64,000 nucleotides of DNA, taken from Hoeflea sp. GTDB lineage: Bacteria; Pseudomonadota; Alphaproteobacteria; Rhizobiales; Rhizobiaceae. How positions within the stretch are numbered: position 1 is the first letter of the stretch; each line of letters opens with the position of its first letter. The notes under the pieces were generated by a model. The model was given only the letters and a program-made list of their open reading frames with translations. It was not told where the DNA came from and did no database searches. Both the position numbers and the translations under genes were made by a program. The stretch is taken from NCBI GenBank assembly GCA_020637795.1, contig JACKJT010000002.1:919092-983091 (forward strand), given 5' to 3'. Shown piece by piece: positions 1-9,341 of the stretch.

Positions 1-195
1 GAAGCCGAGCACGAAGGCAATCGAGGCGAGCGCGATGCGGCGAGACGCGACAGCGTCCGCATCGGCATTCTTCACTTCGTTGAAGCTCATGCCCGCCAGA
101 TAGGCGAGATAGGGCGGAACGATCGGCAACACGCAGGGCGAGAAAAAGGACAGCAAACCGGCCAGAAACGCGGCCCCGTACCCGACATCGATCAT
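1..195 (-). CDS. soxV: Cytochrome c biogenesis CcdA / SoxV thiol:disulfide membrane transporter (5' part, runs off the window)
   Basis: Manual translation of the minus strand from ATG at 195 gives MIDVGYGAAFLAGLLSFFSPCVLPIVPPYLAYLAG, containing the CcdA SPCVLP motif. GGAGG RBS upstream. Divergent from soxS-soxR. Confidence 0.85.
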   Translation of the reverse strand, partial: MIDVGYGAAFLAGLLSFFSPCVLPIVPPYLAYLAGMSFNEVKNADADAVASRRIALASIAFVLGF

Positions 196-372
196 CTAAC
201 GTCCTCCCTGTGGCGCTGACTGTCGGACGCGACTCGTCACAACCACTCCATCACAACCGTCCGGTGCATGCAGGGCTCGCCGTTGCCATGTCAATTGCAT
301 GCAGCAAGCAGCTTCCCGTATTCCGGCTTCGAGCCTCCCGCATCCCGGGTCAAACCAGAATACGATTGCAAG

Positions 373-392
373 ATATGCAACAATGCATATAT
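373..392. promoter_or_regulatory. Candidate SoxR (ArsR-family) operator in the soxV-soxS divergent region
   Basis: ATATGCA-acaa-TGCATAT inverted repeat nested in GATTGCAA...TTGCAATC (364-401). Shares ATATnCA...TATAT with the site at 3256-3275. Confidence 0.55.
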
Positions 393-429
393 ATTGCAAT
401 CACTATTTTTCAGTGATTGGAATGGCCTC

Positions 430-780
430 ATGACCTCATTCTATGTCGTGGCACTGACCCTCATCCTGGGTCTGACGACCCCGGTCATGGCCGCCGAGAT
501 GGTCATGTTCGAGCAGCCGGGCTGCGCCTGGTGCAAGCGGTTCAACGAGGAAATCGCGCCGGCCTGGCCAAATACCGAACAAGGCAAGCGGGCGCCGCTG
601 CGCCGCGTCAACATTCACGACGATATCCCTTCCGATCTCGCAGGAATTCCGGTCGAGCGGTTCACCCCGACCTTTGTGCTGGTCGATGACGGCCGCGAGA
701 TTGCAAGATTGCGCGGCTATCCCGGCGACCAGTTCTTCTGGGCGCTTGTCGATGAGATGATGGCAAAGCTGGACCGGTGA
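430..780 (+). CDS. soxS: Periplasmic thioredoxin SoxS
   Basis: Signal peptide, CAWC redox motif, FTPTFVL and RLRGYPG motifs. Start reassigned to ATG 430. Confidence 0.8.
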   Translation: MTSFYVVALTLILGLTTPVMAAEMVMFEQPGCAWCKRFNEEIAPAWPNTEQGKRAPLRRVNIHDDIPSDLAGIPVERFTPTFVLVDDGREIARLRGYPGDQFFWALVDEMMAKLDR

Positions 781-1127
781 TGACCGACCCCTCGTCAGGT
801 CAGGATTTTGGTGGTCAGGACATTGCGCTCCTGGCCGGCCAGGCCCGCATGGCAAGCGACATTCTCAAGGCCCTGTCCCACGAAACCCGGCTGCTGATTC
901 TCTGGCTTCTGTCGGAGAGCGAGAAATCGGTCTCCGAGCTTGAGGAATTGCTGGCGTTACCGCAGGCCGCGGTGTCGCAGCAGCTTGCCCGGCTTCGCTA
1001 CGACCACTTGGTCAGCACCCGGCGCGAAGGCCGCATGATTCACTATTCGATCACCAGCCCGGAAGTCTCGGCGGTGGTCACCTCGCTCTATGTGCTGCTG
1101 TGCAAGCCGGCGGATCGGGCAGGCTGA
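777..1127 (+). CDS. soxR: ArsR/SmtB-family repressor SoxR (BigR/SqrR-like)
   Basis: LKALSHETRLLIL...AVSQQLARLR...RREGRMIHYS...LYVLLC, located in a sox context. Confidence 0.85.
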   Translation: MMTDPSSGQDFGGQDIALLAGQARMASDILKALSHETRLLILWLLSESEKSVSELEELLALPQAAVSQQLARLRYDHLVSTRREGRMIHYSITSPEVSAVVTSLYVLLCKPADRAG

Positions 1128-1212
1128 TCCGCCCGCATTGCTTGCAATGATTCGGGCGTCGCCGTAAGTTTGAAACAACAAGGCCGGGCTCGAACCTGAC
1201 CTACGGGAGGAG

Positions 1213-2307
1213 ATGACCATCATGATGGATTCGGGATGGGTGCTGGCGCTGTCGGGCTGCCTGGTCGGTGCGATCATCGGCTATGCCGCCAGGCGAAGTC
1301 ATTTCTGCACGATGGCGGCGCTGGAGCGCCATTGGTACGCCGGCGATGACGGCCCCTTGCGGGCCTGGGCGCTGGCTGCCTTCACCGCGCTCATCGCCAC
1401 CCAACTGCTCAGTGCGGCGGGGCTCGTCACGATCGAGAAATCCTTCTACCTGACCGAACCGCTGCCGCTTGCCGGCGCGGTCGTCGGCGGGCTGATGTTC
1501 GGCGTCGGCATGGCGCTCGTTGGCACCTGCGGCTTTGGCGCCCTGGTGCGGCTCGGCGGCGGCAACCTGCGGGCGCTGGTGGTCCTGACCGGCCTCGGGC
1601 TGGCGGCCCTCGCCGCCCAGCGCGGCGTCACCGCCCATCTCCGCGCCACACTGCTTGATCCGCTCTCGCTGGATCTGAGCCGTTTCGGCGGACAGTCGGC
1701 CGGCGCCCTGCTGTCGCGCGCCATCGGTTTCGACATCAGTCTGGTGCTCGGCCTGGTGATCGGGCTTGCCGGCCTGTGGTGGGTGTTCAGATCCGCCAGC
1801 TTCCGCGCCGACCGCGCCCGGCTTGTTGCCGGCATGGTCATCGGCCTGTGCATTGCCGCCGGCTGGGTGATCACCAGCACCTACGCGAACCATGCCTACT
1901 TCCCGGTCCAGGTCGAGGCCGGCTCCTTCGTCATGCCGGTGGGCGAGACCATCCTGCAGATCATCACCGTCACCGGGGAACTGCCCGATTACGGCGTGGG
2001 CCTGGTCGTTGGTGTCTTTCTCGGCGCGGCAGTTTCCGCATTTCGCTCCGACGACATGCGCTGGGAAGCCTGCGATGACGCGCGCGAACTCAGCCGCCAC
2101 CTGCTCGGCGCCTTCCTGATGGGAACCGGCGGCGTCTTTGCACTCGGCTGCACCATCGGCCAGGGCGTCAGCGCCTTTTCCGTGATGGCGATATCCGCGC
2201 CGATCGTCATGATCTCGATCGCCGCAGGTGCGCGCATGGGGCTTGGCATGCTGGTTGAAGGCACGCCGTTCAGCTTCATCGCCGACTGGCGTGCCCGCAA
2301 GACCTGA
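1213..2307 (+). CDS. soxT: YeeE/YedE-family sulfur transporter SoxT
   Basis: Multi-TM protein with YeeE Cys motifs (SHFCT, GTCGFG, LGCTIGQG), directly after soxR. GGGAGGAG RBS. Confidence 0.85.
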   Translation: MTIMMDSGWVLALSGCLVGAIIGYAARRSHFCTMAALERHWYAGDDGPLRAWALAAFTALIATQLLSAAGLVTIEKSFYLTEPLPLAGAVVGGLMFGVGMALVGTCGFGALVRLGGGNLRALVVLTGLGLAALAAQRGVTAHLRATLLDPLSLDLSRFGGQSAGALLSRAIGFDISLVLGLVIGLAGLWWVFRSASFRADRARLVAGMVIGLCIAAGWVITSTYANHAYFPVQVEAGSFVMPVGETILQIITVTGELPDYGVGLVVGVFLGAAVSAFRSDDMRWEACDDARELSRHLLGAFLMGTGGVFALGCTIGQGVSAFSVMAISAPIVMISIAAGARMGLGMLVEGTPFSFIADWRARKT

Positions 2308-2316
2308 GTTCAGGAC

Positions 2317-3243
2317 CTAGGTCGAGGCGACGAAGCGATAGGCCGTCCCGTCGCGTTCGACCCGGCCCTCGCCGGGTTTCGGAAGATGGTAGGCGCTCAG
2401 CGCCGCCTTGTCAGCGGCCAGGCGGTCAAGCAGCTTGAGCCGGGTTTGCACACCCTTCTCCGCATCCTGGTCCGACCCGCTCGGCCAGGACGGATGCGCG
2501 AACGACACGGCGAAATGGGTGATCGCGTCACCGGCAACCAGCACCGGCTCGGAGCCGCCATGCAGCATGAACGACATGTGGCCGGGTGTATGCCCCGATG
2601 TGTCTACCGCCTCGACGCCTGGAAGGACTTCGGCGCCGGGCTCGAACAGGTTGATCATGTCCTCGAGAACGGCCAGCCGGTTCTGCGCGCCCACGGCGAA
2701 GGTCTTGCGCTCTTCCGGCATGGCATCGACCGTTGCCGGATCGCTCCAGAAATCCCACTCCGCCCGGCCCAAGTGGAAGCTGGCATTAGGGAAGACGATC
2801 TCGTCGAAATCATCGAGCAGGCCCCACAGGTGGTCCGGATGACCATGGGTGAACACCACATCGGTGACATCGGCCGGATCGAAGCCGGCCTCGGCCATGT
2901 TGTCCAGCAGCTTGCCCGCCGAGGGCATGAAGTTGTGTCCCGAGCCGACATCGAACATGATCAGCCGGTCAGGGGTCTTGAGAATCGGCACGTTGCAATC
3001 GGGCACGAGCGAATCGGTCGGCAAGCCGTTCTTTTCCAGAAGCGCGATCAGTTCGTCCTGCGGCGCATCCGGATAGGAGAAGCTCAGCGGCAGGACGAGA
3101 TTCCCGTCGCTGACGCTGGTCAGCACCGAATCCCCGATCTCGAGAGCCCAGGCCCGGCTGAGCCCAGCGGGCAACAGCATGCTGGCGGCGGCAGCCATGC
3201 CGGTGTGCAGGAATGAGCGGCGCGTCTGTTCGAACGGTGCCAT
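2317..3243 (-). CDS. Tat-exported metallo-beta-lactamase-fold hydrolase (OPHC2/MPH-like)
   Basis: TRRSFL twin-arginine signal, THGHPDH (HxHxDH), GHTPGH and AGDA motifs. Start at ATG 3243. Confidence 0.85.
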   Translation of the reverse strand: MAPFEQTRRSFLHTGMAAAASMLLPAGLSRAWALEIGDSVLTSVSDGNLVLPLSFSYPDAPQDELIALLEKNGLPTDSLVPDCNVPILKTPDRLIMFDVGSGHNFMPSAGKLLDNMAEAGFDPADVTDVVFTHGHPDHLWGLLDDFDEIVFPNASFHLGRAEWDFWSDPATVDAMPEERKTFAVGAQNRLAVLEDMINLFEPGAEVLPGVEAVDTSGHTPGHMSFMLHGGSEPVLVAGDAITHFAVSFAHPSWPSGSDQDAEKGVQTRLKLLDRLAADKAALSAYHLPKPGEGRVERDGTAYRFVAST

Positions 3244-3255
3244 GATCTTTCTCCC

Positions 3256-3275
3256 ATATAGAATTATATGAATAT
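3256..3275. promoter_or_regulatory. Second candidate SoxR operator between the MBL and YeeE genes
   Basis: ATATAGAATTATATGAATAT (ATAT-N12-ATAT), an AT-rich island similar to 373-392. Confidence 0.45.
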
Positions 3276-3348
3276 TTGCCTTTGTCTTGACCCAGGTCAA
3301 TGCTTGTTCTCATAAATCAGGCAAATTGCGCTTAAAAAGGGCCGTGGA

Positions 3349-4473
3349 ATGGAACTCGAATGGCTTGCTGACAGGTTTGGTGACAAAGGCGCGCTGTTGA
3401 TCGGCGGCGCCATCATTGGCGCGTTGTTCGGCGCCTTCGCACAGCAAAGCCGGTTCTGCCTGCGCGCCGCAGCCATCGAGTTCTCCCGCGGCCAGGTCGG
3501 TGGCAAGATGGCGATCTGGCTGATCGTGTTTTCCACAGCCATTGCCGGAACCATGCTGCTGTCGGCGTTTGGTATGTTCACTGCCACCGAAGCCCGTCAA
3601 TTGGCCTCGCCGCAAAGCCTCTCGGGAGCGGCCATTGGTGGCTTGCTGTTTGGCACCGGCATGGTGCTGGCGCGTGGCTGTTCGTCCAGGCTTCTGGTGC
3701 TCTCGGCCACCGGCAACCTGCGTGCCCTGCTTTCCGGCCTTGTCTTCGCAGTCGTCGCCCAAGCCAGCCTGCACGGATTTCTTTCTCCGCTTCGCGATGC
3801 GCTGGCGTCGCCGCTGACAACCCTGTCGATCGGTTCGAACGATCTGCTGACATTGTCCGGCATCTCCGAACAAATCGCCCTCACCTTCGTCCTGATCGGC
3901 CTTGTCGCCAGCCTGTCGCTGGCGCTTTGGCGCAAGATCGGACTCTGGAAGACCATCACCGCCTTTGCCGTTGGCGCCTGCATTCCGCTGGCCTGGTGGT
4001 TCACAAAATCGATGACCACTATCGCCTTCGAGCCGGTGCAACTGGAAGCTCTGAGTTTCACCGGACCGTCAGCCAACACGCTGATGCTGTTCCTCTCGGA
4101 GCCCGGTTCGATGATCGATTTCGATGTCGGTCTGGTCCCCGGCGTGTTCATCGGCGCGTTCATCGCCGCTTTGGTGACAGGGGAGCTGGAGCTGCAAGGC
4201 TTTGAGGGCGGCGGTTCGATGCGCCGCTATCTGGCCGGCGCAGCGTTGATGGGGTTTGGCGGCATGTTGGCCGGCGGCTGCGCCGTCGGCGCCGGCGTCA
4301 CCGGCGCAAGCATCTTCGCCCTGACCGCATGGGTCACCTTGTTTGCGATCTGGATCGCCGCAGCAACAACCGACTGGGTGGTTGATCGCAAACTGCCTGC
4401 AAGAAAGGCCCGGTCTCAAGCAAGGTCCGTCGCCGGAGAGGCGCAGCTCAGCGATCTCCAGCCCGGCATGTAA
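3349..4473 (+). CDS. Second YeeE/YedE-family sulfur transporter
   Basis: SRFCLR, RGCSSR and GGCAVGAG motifs; many TM helices. Confidence 0.85.
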   Translation: MELEWLADRFGDKGALLIGGAIIGALFGAFAQQSRFCLRAAAIEFSRGQVGGKMAIWLIVFSTAIAGTMLLSAFGMFTATEARQLASPQSLSGAAIGGLLFGTGMVLARGCSSRLLVLSATGNLRALLSGLVFAVVAQASLHGFLSPLRDALASPLTTLSIGSNDLLTLSGISEQIALTFVLIGLVASLSLALWRKIGLWKTITAFAVGACIPLAWWFTKSMTTIAFEPVQLEALSFTGPSANTLMLFLSEPGSMIDFDVGLVPGVFIGAFIAALVTGELELQGFEGGGSMRRYLAGAALMGFGGMLAGGCAVGAGVTGASIFALTAWVTLFAIWIAAATTDWVVDRKLPARKARSQARSVAGEAQLSDLQPGM

Positions 4474-4538
4474 AAAGACCGCCAGCCAGGGCGCTCTCCG
4501 TACATCCGGGATCAGCGGCATCCTGCCTGGCGGCCTTT
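4472..4538. terminator. Long hairpin terminator (U-tract on minus strand, probably bidirectional)
   Basis: AAAGACCGCCAG (4474-4485) pairs with CTGGCGGCCTTT (4527-4538); the minus strand ends in TTTTT. Confidence 0.6.
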
Positions 4539-4596
4539 GGCTGAGCACTCTTTATCGAGCGTCTTTTTCGGTCCCCTCTGGACCTGACATATGCCA

Positions 4597-4612
4597 AGCA
4601 CGAACCGTGCCA
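4597..4612 (-). promoter_or_regulatory. Sigma54 -24/-12 promoter with no downstream same-strand gene
   Basis: Minus strand TGGCAC-GGTTC-GTGCT. Confidence 0.6.
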
Positions 4613-4674
4613 GTTGCCTTCGAACCCCTCGACCCGGGATTCGAGCCGCTTTCCCCGCAACCCCTTGCGATCAC

Positions 4675-4733
4675 TGCATTTGCGATGGGCAGGCTCAGCC
4701 CGCAAACCGCGCCACTCGCCCAATTCCTGTGCA
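4675..4733. promoter_or_regulatory. Pair of NtrC-type enhancer sites
   Basis: TGCAT-N7-GGGCA (4675-4691) and CGCCC-N7-GTGCA (4717-4733), 42 bp apart, upstream of the 4597-4612 promoter. Confidence 0.55.
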
Positions 4734-4753
4734 TCTGGGCCAATGCCGGGACT

Positions 4754-5449
4754 TCAGACCGACACGGCCGCGCGCAGGGTTTCCTTGCTCAGGCTTTCGC
4801 GGTCCCCGGCCATCTTGACCTCGCCGCGCTCGATCACGCAGAAGCGGTCTGCCAGGCCATAGGCGAATTCGAAATACTGTTCGACCAGCACGATCGCCAT
4901 CTTGCCCTCGTCGCGCAGCAACGCGATCACCCGCCCGATCTGCTGGATGATGTTGGGCTGAATGCCCTCCGTCGGCTCGTCCAGCAACAGCAGCTTGGGC
5001 CGGGTGATCAGCGCCCGGGCGATGGAAAGCTGCTGCTGCTGTCCACCCGAAAGATCGCCGCCGCGGCGGTTGCGCATGTCCTTGAGCACCGGGAACAGCT
5101 CGTAGATATGATCCGGGATCTTGCGCTCCGACCGTGGCAGGCAGGCAAAGCCGGTCTCGAGGTTTTCCGTCACCGTCAGCAGCGGAAAGATGTCGCGGCC
5201 TTGCGGCACGTAGCCCACACCCTTGGCGGCCAGCTGGTAGGCCGGAAGCCTGCCGATCGCCTCGCCGGCCAGAAAATAGTCGCCGCCGGAGCGGTGATGC
5301 ACCCCGGAGATCGCCTTGAGCAGACTGGTCTTGCCGACGCCATTGGTGCCCATCACGCAGGTCACCTGCCCGACATCGGCTTTCAGCGAAATGCCCTTGA
5401 GGATCTGCGACTGCCCGTAATGCAGGGTGAGGTTTTCGACGTTCAGCAT
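4754..5449 (-). CDS. urtE: Urea ABC transporter ATP-binding subunit UrtE
   Basis: GTNGVGKT, LSGGQQQQ and LLLDEPTEGIQP motifs; last gene of the operon. Confidence 0.93.
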   Translation of the reverse strand: MLNVENLTLHYGQSQILKGISLKADVGQVTCVMGTNGVGKTSLLKAISGVHHRSGGDYFLAGEAIGRLPAYQLAAKGVGYVPQGRDIFPLLTVTENLETGFACLPRSERKIPDHIYELFPVLKDMRNRRGGDLSGGQQQQLSIARALITRPKLLLLDEPTEGIQPNIIQQIGRVIALLRDEGKMAIVLVEQYFEFAYGLADRFCVIERGEVKMAGDRESLSKETLRAAVSV

Positions 5450-5452
5450 GCT

Positions 5453-6193
5453 CTAGCGCCCCAGATAGACATCGATGACGTCGGAATTGGCGGTGACGTG
5501 ATCGAGCGTCCCCTCCGCCAGGACCGACCCTTCGTGCAGCACCGTCACCTTGCAGTCGAGCCGGCGGACGAACTCCATGTCGTGCTCGACGACGACGACA
5601 GCACGGGTCTCGGCCGCCCGGCGCAAAAGGTCGGTGGTGTGTTCGCGTTCGCCGAGTGTCATCCCGGCGGCCGGTTCGTCGACCAGCAGCAGCTTCGGTT
5701 CCTGCGCCAGCAGTATGCCGATCTCGAGCCACTGCTTCTGGCCATGCGAGAGTTCACCGGCCGTCCGGTCGAGTTCGCCCGACAGGCCGATTTCCTCGGC
5801 AAGCGCCGACACCCGGCCATCGTCTTCCTTGCTCGGCTTGTAGCGCAGCACCGCGAACGGCAGCCGGTCGTTGCTCAGCGCCATCGTCAAATTGTCGCGC
5901 ACGCTCTGTGCCTCGAACACCGTCGGGCGCTGGAACTTGCGGCCGACACCGGCGCGCGCGATCTGGCTTTCCGACAGTCTGAGCAGGTCGAGCTGAGGCT
6001 CGCCGAACCGCACCCTGCCCTCGTCCGGCCTCGTCTTGCCGGTGACGATGTCCATGAAGGTGGTCTTGCCCGCCCCGTTCGGTCCGATGATGGCGCGCAG
6101 CTCCTGCCCGCCGATTTCGAACGACAGATTGTTGATCGCCTTGAACCCGTCGAACGAAACGGAGATCGAAGTCACTTCCAGAAGCGCGCTCAC
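5453..6193 (-). CDS. urtD: Urea ABC transporter ATP-binding subunit UrtD
   Basis: GPNGAGKT and LSHGQKQWLEIG motifs. Confidence 0.93.
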   Translation of the reverse strand: MSALLEVTSISVSFDGFKAINNLSFEIGGQELRAIIGPNGAGKTTFMDIVTGKTRPDEGRVRFGEPQLDLLRLSESQIARAGVGRKFQRPTVFEAQSVRDNLTMALSNDRLPFAVLRYKPSKEDDGRVSALAEEIGLSGELDRTAGELSHGQKQWLEIGILLAQEPKLLLVDEPAAGMTLGEREHTTDLLRRAAETRAVVVVEHDMEFVRRLDCKVTVLHEGSVLAEGTLDHVTANSDVIDVYLGR

Positions 6194-7362
6194 GATGCAG
6201 CATCCTTCCTGACCAGCCGGTCAAACAGCCCGCCGATGCCCTTGGGCGCAAACAGCGTCACCAGCACGAAACCGAGCCCGAGCAGCACCTGCCACCAGTC
6301 GACCCAGTCGATGGTGTAGAACCCGAGCGGGATGCTCGGCGCCTGCCCTCCGGTGAACCAGGAGGACAGGAGCGACACCGTTGCAGCCCCGATCACCGCG
6401 CCATAGAGCCGGCCGCGGCCGCCGATCGCCACCCAGACCGCCAGGTAGATCGAGGCGATCGGCGCGATTTCCGCCGGATTGATGATGCCGGCCTGCGGAT
6501 AGTAGAGCGCCCCGGCGATCGCCGCGATCACCGCGGTCAGCGTGAACACCACCAGCTTGTAGGCCTCCACGGGATAGCCCATGAAGCGGATGCGCGCCTC
6601 GTCGTCGCGGATCGCGCGGATGACATTGCCAAACTTGCCCGACACCACCCAGGCAGCCACCAGATAGCCCAGCCCCAGCGCCAGCGCCGACGCCAGGAAG
6701 AACCACGCCGAGACAACCGATTGCGAAACTTCGGTCAGGCCGGGGATGTTCTGCAAGCCGGACAGGCCATTGTTGCCCCTGAGGCCCGAGTCGTTCTGGA
6801 ACAGGTAGAGCGACAGCGCCAGCGTCATCGCCTGGGTCAGGATCGACAGGTACACACCTGTCACGCGGCTGCGGAAGGCGAGCCAGCCGAACACCAGCGC
6901 CAGAAGCCCCGGCACCAGCACCACGAGCAGCAGCTGCGCAAACAGACTGTCGGCGAAATACCAGACCACCGGGATCTCGGCCCCGCCGACAACGCCGAAG
7001 ATCTGCGTGCCGATCGCCTCGGTGATCTCTTCCGGCGTCGCCGGCAGTTCCCCGCCCGACAGCGACGCGATGACGATGTCCTTGGTCCGCTCGTACATCA
7101 GCCACATGCCGATCATGTAGCCGCCGAGCCCGAAGAAGGCGAAATGGCCGAGCGACAGGATTCCGCAATAGCCCCAGACCAGGTCCATGGCGATGGCGAT
7201 CAGGCAAAGACACAATGTCTTGCCGAGGATCTTGATGAAGCTGGTCGAGACGATACCGAGGCCGAACCCTTCCGACAGGATGGTGATAACGATGGTGAAC
7301 AGCGCCAGAAGACCGATGAAGACCAGCACCGAGGGCTGCCGGGCAAACAGGGAGCGTTCCAT
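6190..7362 (-). CDS. urtC: Urea ABC transporter permease UrtC
   Basis: LivM-type permease (DLVWGYCGILSLGH, VWVAIGGRG). Confidence 0.92.
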   Translation of the reverse strand: MERSLFARQPSVLVFIGLLALFTIVITILSEGFGLGIVSTSFIKILGKTLCLCLIAIAMDLVWGYCGILSLGHFAFFGLGGYMIGMWLMYERTKDIVIASLSGGELPATPEEITEAIGTQIFGVVGGAEIPVVWYFADSLFAQLLLVVLVPGLLALVFGWLAFRSRVTGVYLSILTQAMTLALSLYLFQNDSGLRGNNGLSGLQNIPGLTEVSQSVVSAWFFLASALALGLGYLVAAWVVSGKFGNVIRAIRDDEARIRFMGYPVEAYKLVVFTLTAVIAAIAGALYYPQAGIINPAEIAPIASIYLAVWVAIGGRGRLYGAVIGAATVSLLSSWFTGGQAPSIPLGFYTIDWVDWWQVLLGLGFVLVTLFAPKGIGGLFDRLVRKDAAS

Positions 7363-7365
7363 TGA

Positions 7366-9315
7366 CTAGTCCCCCGCCGCACGGCCCTTGAGCGCGATGA
7401 TGCCCTTGGGTCTGAACTGGATGAAGATGATGATGAAGATGATCATGTAGGTCTGCGCGGCAAGCGTGTTGGACGGATTGAAGAACTCGATGAGCTTCTG
7501 CAGCGAGCCGATCATCCCGGCACCCGCCAGCGTGCCCCAGATATTGCCGACGCCGCCAACGACAACCGTCATGAAGCTTTGCACGATGTAGCCCGACCCG
7601 AGCTCCGACGTGACCTTCGCAAACAGCCCGATGGCGACCCCGGCGATCCCGGCGATACCGGAGCCAAGCCCGAAGGTCAGCATGTTGATCCGGTCCGGAT
7701 TGATCCCCATCGACGAGGCCATGCGCGGATTCTGCGTCACCGCCCTGACTTCAAGACCGAGCCGGGTCTTGTTGAGCACGAACAGCAAGAGCCCGAGGAA
7801 GGCGAGCGCCAGCACGAAGATCGCGATCCTTATATAGCTGATCGACACCACGTCGTTGAGCACCCAGGCGCCGTCGAGCCAGGATGGCGACGTCAGCGGC
7901 CGCGCCTGCGTGCCGAAGATGTTCTTGGCGATCTGCTGCAGCGCGATCGAGACGCCGAAGGTCGCAAGCAGCGTTTCGAGCGGCCGGTGCGCCAGGTAGC
8001 GGATCACCAGACGTTCGAGCGCCACGCCGGCCAGGAACGCCACCGCGAAAGCCAGCGGCAGCGCGACGATGATCGACACGGTGTAGTTCGGGATGAACTG
8101 CTGCACGACGTAGCCGGTATAGGCGCCGATCATGATGAACTCGCCATGCGCCATGTTGATCACCCCCATCACCCCGAAAGTGATGGCGAGCCCGATTGCC
8201 GCGAGAAAGTAGATCGACGCCAGCGACAGCCCGTCGAGCGCCAGATCGAGGAACTGGTAGAAACCGACCGTGCCGCTGATATTGGCGAGCGTTTCCCTTG
8301 CGGCCGTGGTCAGCACCGGATCGGGTTCCGCGTAGACTTCCGCGAACACATGATCGGCGACGGCCTGGCGCTGCTCTTCCCGCGTCACCAGCGGCGGCAC
8401 GGTTCCGTTGGCGGCGAGCGCCAGATAGGCCCGGTCGCGGGCGCTTTGGCTCACCAGTTCGGCGACCGGAGTGCCGGCCACCATTCCATTCTCGATGTTG
8501 TCGATCAGCGCCTGCTTGCGGTCGGCCAGCGGAACGATCGGACGCGCCTTGCCGGCATCGACCAGCAGCTGGTAGGCCGCTTCAGCGTCGATGTCGCTGC
8601 CGGGTGTCAGCAGCCGGGCCACGTTGACGCCTTCGGGCGCCGTGTCGAACACCTTGATGCTGGTCGCCAGCAGCGGATTGAGTGCCGCGCGCGCATCGAC
8701 GCCGGGATCACCGGCAAAACTCTCGATCGCGGCAACCCGCCTTGCCTGGTCACTGCCGAACTGGATGGTCAACAAGCGCTGCAACCGCTCCTTGCGCGCC
8801 TTGATGGCGGGGTCGGGCTCGGAGTCGATTGCCGCCCTGAGAATGCTCAGATGCGAGGCATCGGGGGCCCGTTCCAGCGCCGTCAGTGCCTGCAGCCGCC
8901 GTTCCGGGTCCGGATCCGAGAGCTGGAACTGCACCAGTGCGCCGGCGATCACGCCGCGCACGCCGCTGTTGGGCTTGAGATTGTCGAGGTCGTTCTTCTC
9001 CGCCAGTCCCGCCTGCTCACCGGTTGCGACATCGATCAGCATCAGCTTGCCGCCGTCGGCCTTTTCGACAAGGAAGAACCGGCCATCCGATTTCCGCTGC
9101 CACAACTCCTTTTCCCGCCACTTCTCGAGAAACACCGCCACGCCGGGCAGCTGGCTTTCGACCAGGGCATCGAGCACCGGCCCGATGGTCGTGCGCGAAG
9201 GCTTCTCGATCTTCGTCCGATAGGTTTCGAGCAGGGCATTGAGATCGGCGTCCTGCGCATTGGCGGGCGCGAATGCAAGCAGAGCGGCAAGAAGAAGGAA
9301 AATGATGCGGAGCAT
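7366..9315 (-). CDS. urtB: Urea ABC transporter permease UrtB with large periplasmic N-terminal domain
   Basis: Signal peptide followed by a LivH-type C-terminal half (GLAITFGVMGVINMAHGE). Confidence 0.92.
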   Translation of the reverse strand: MLRIIFLLLAALLAFAPANAQDADLNALLETYRTKIEKPSRTTIGPVLDALVESQLPGVAVFLEKWREKELWQRKSDGRFFLVEKADGGKLMLIDVATGEQAGLAEKNDLDNLKPNSGVRGVIAGALVQFQLSDPDPERRLQALTALERAPDASHLSILRAAIDSEPDPAIKARKERLQRLLTIQFGSDQARRVAAIESFAGDPGVDARAALNPLLATSIKVFDTAPEGVNVARLLTPGSDIDAEAAYQLLVDAGKARPIVPLADRKQALIDNIENGMVAGTPVAELVSQSARDRAYLALAANGTVPPLVTREEQRQAVADHVFAEVYAEPDPVLTTAARETLANISGTVGFYQFLDLALDGLSLASIYFLAAIGLAITFGVMGVINMAHGEFIMIGAYTGYVVQQFIPNYTVSIIVALPLAFAVAFLAGVALERLVIRYLAHRPLETLLATFGVSIALQQIAKNIFGTQARPLTSPSWLDGAWVLNDVVSISYIRIAIFVLALAFLGLLLFVLNKTRLGLEVRAVTQNPRMASSMGINPDRINMLTFGLGSGIAGIAGVAIGLFAKVTSELGSGYIVQSFMTVVVGGVGNIWGTLAGAGMIGSLQKLIEFFNPSNTLAAQTYMIIFIIIFIQFRPKGIIALKGRAAGD

Positions 9316-9341
9316 GGGAAATCAAGACCGGTTGATAAGGT

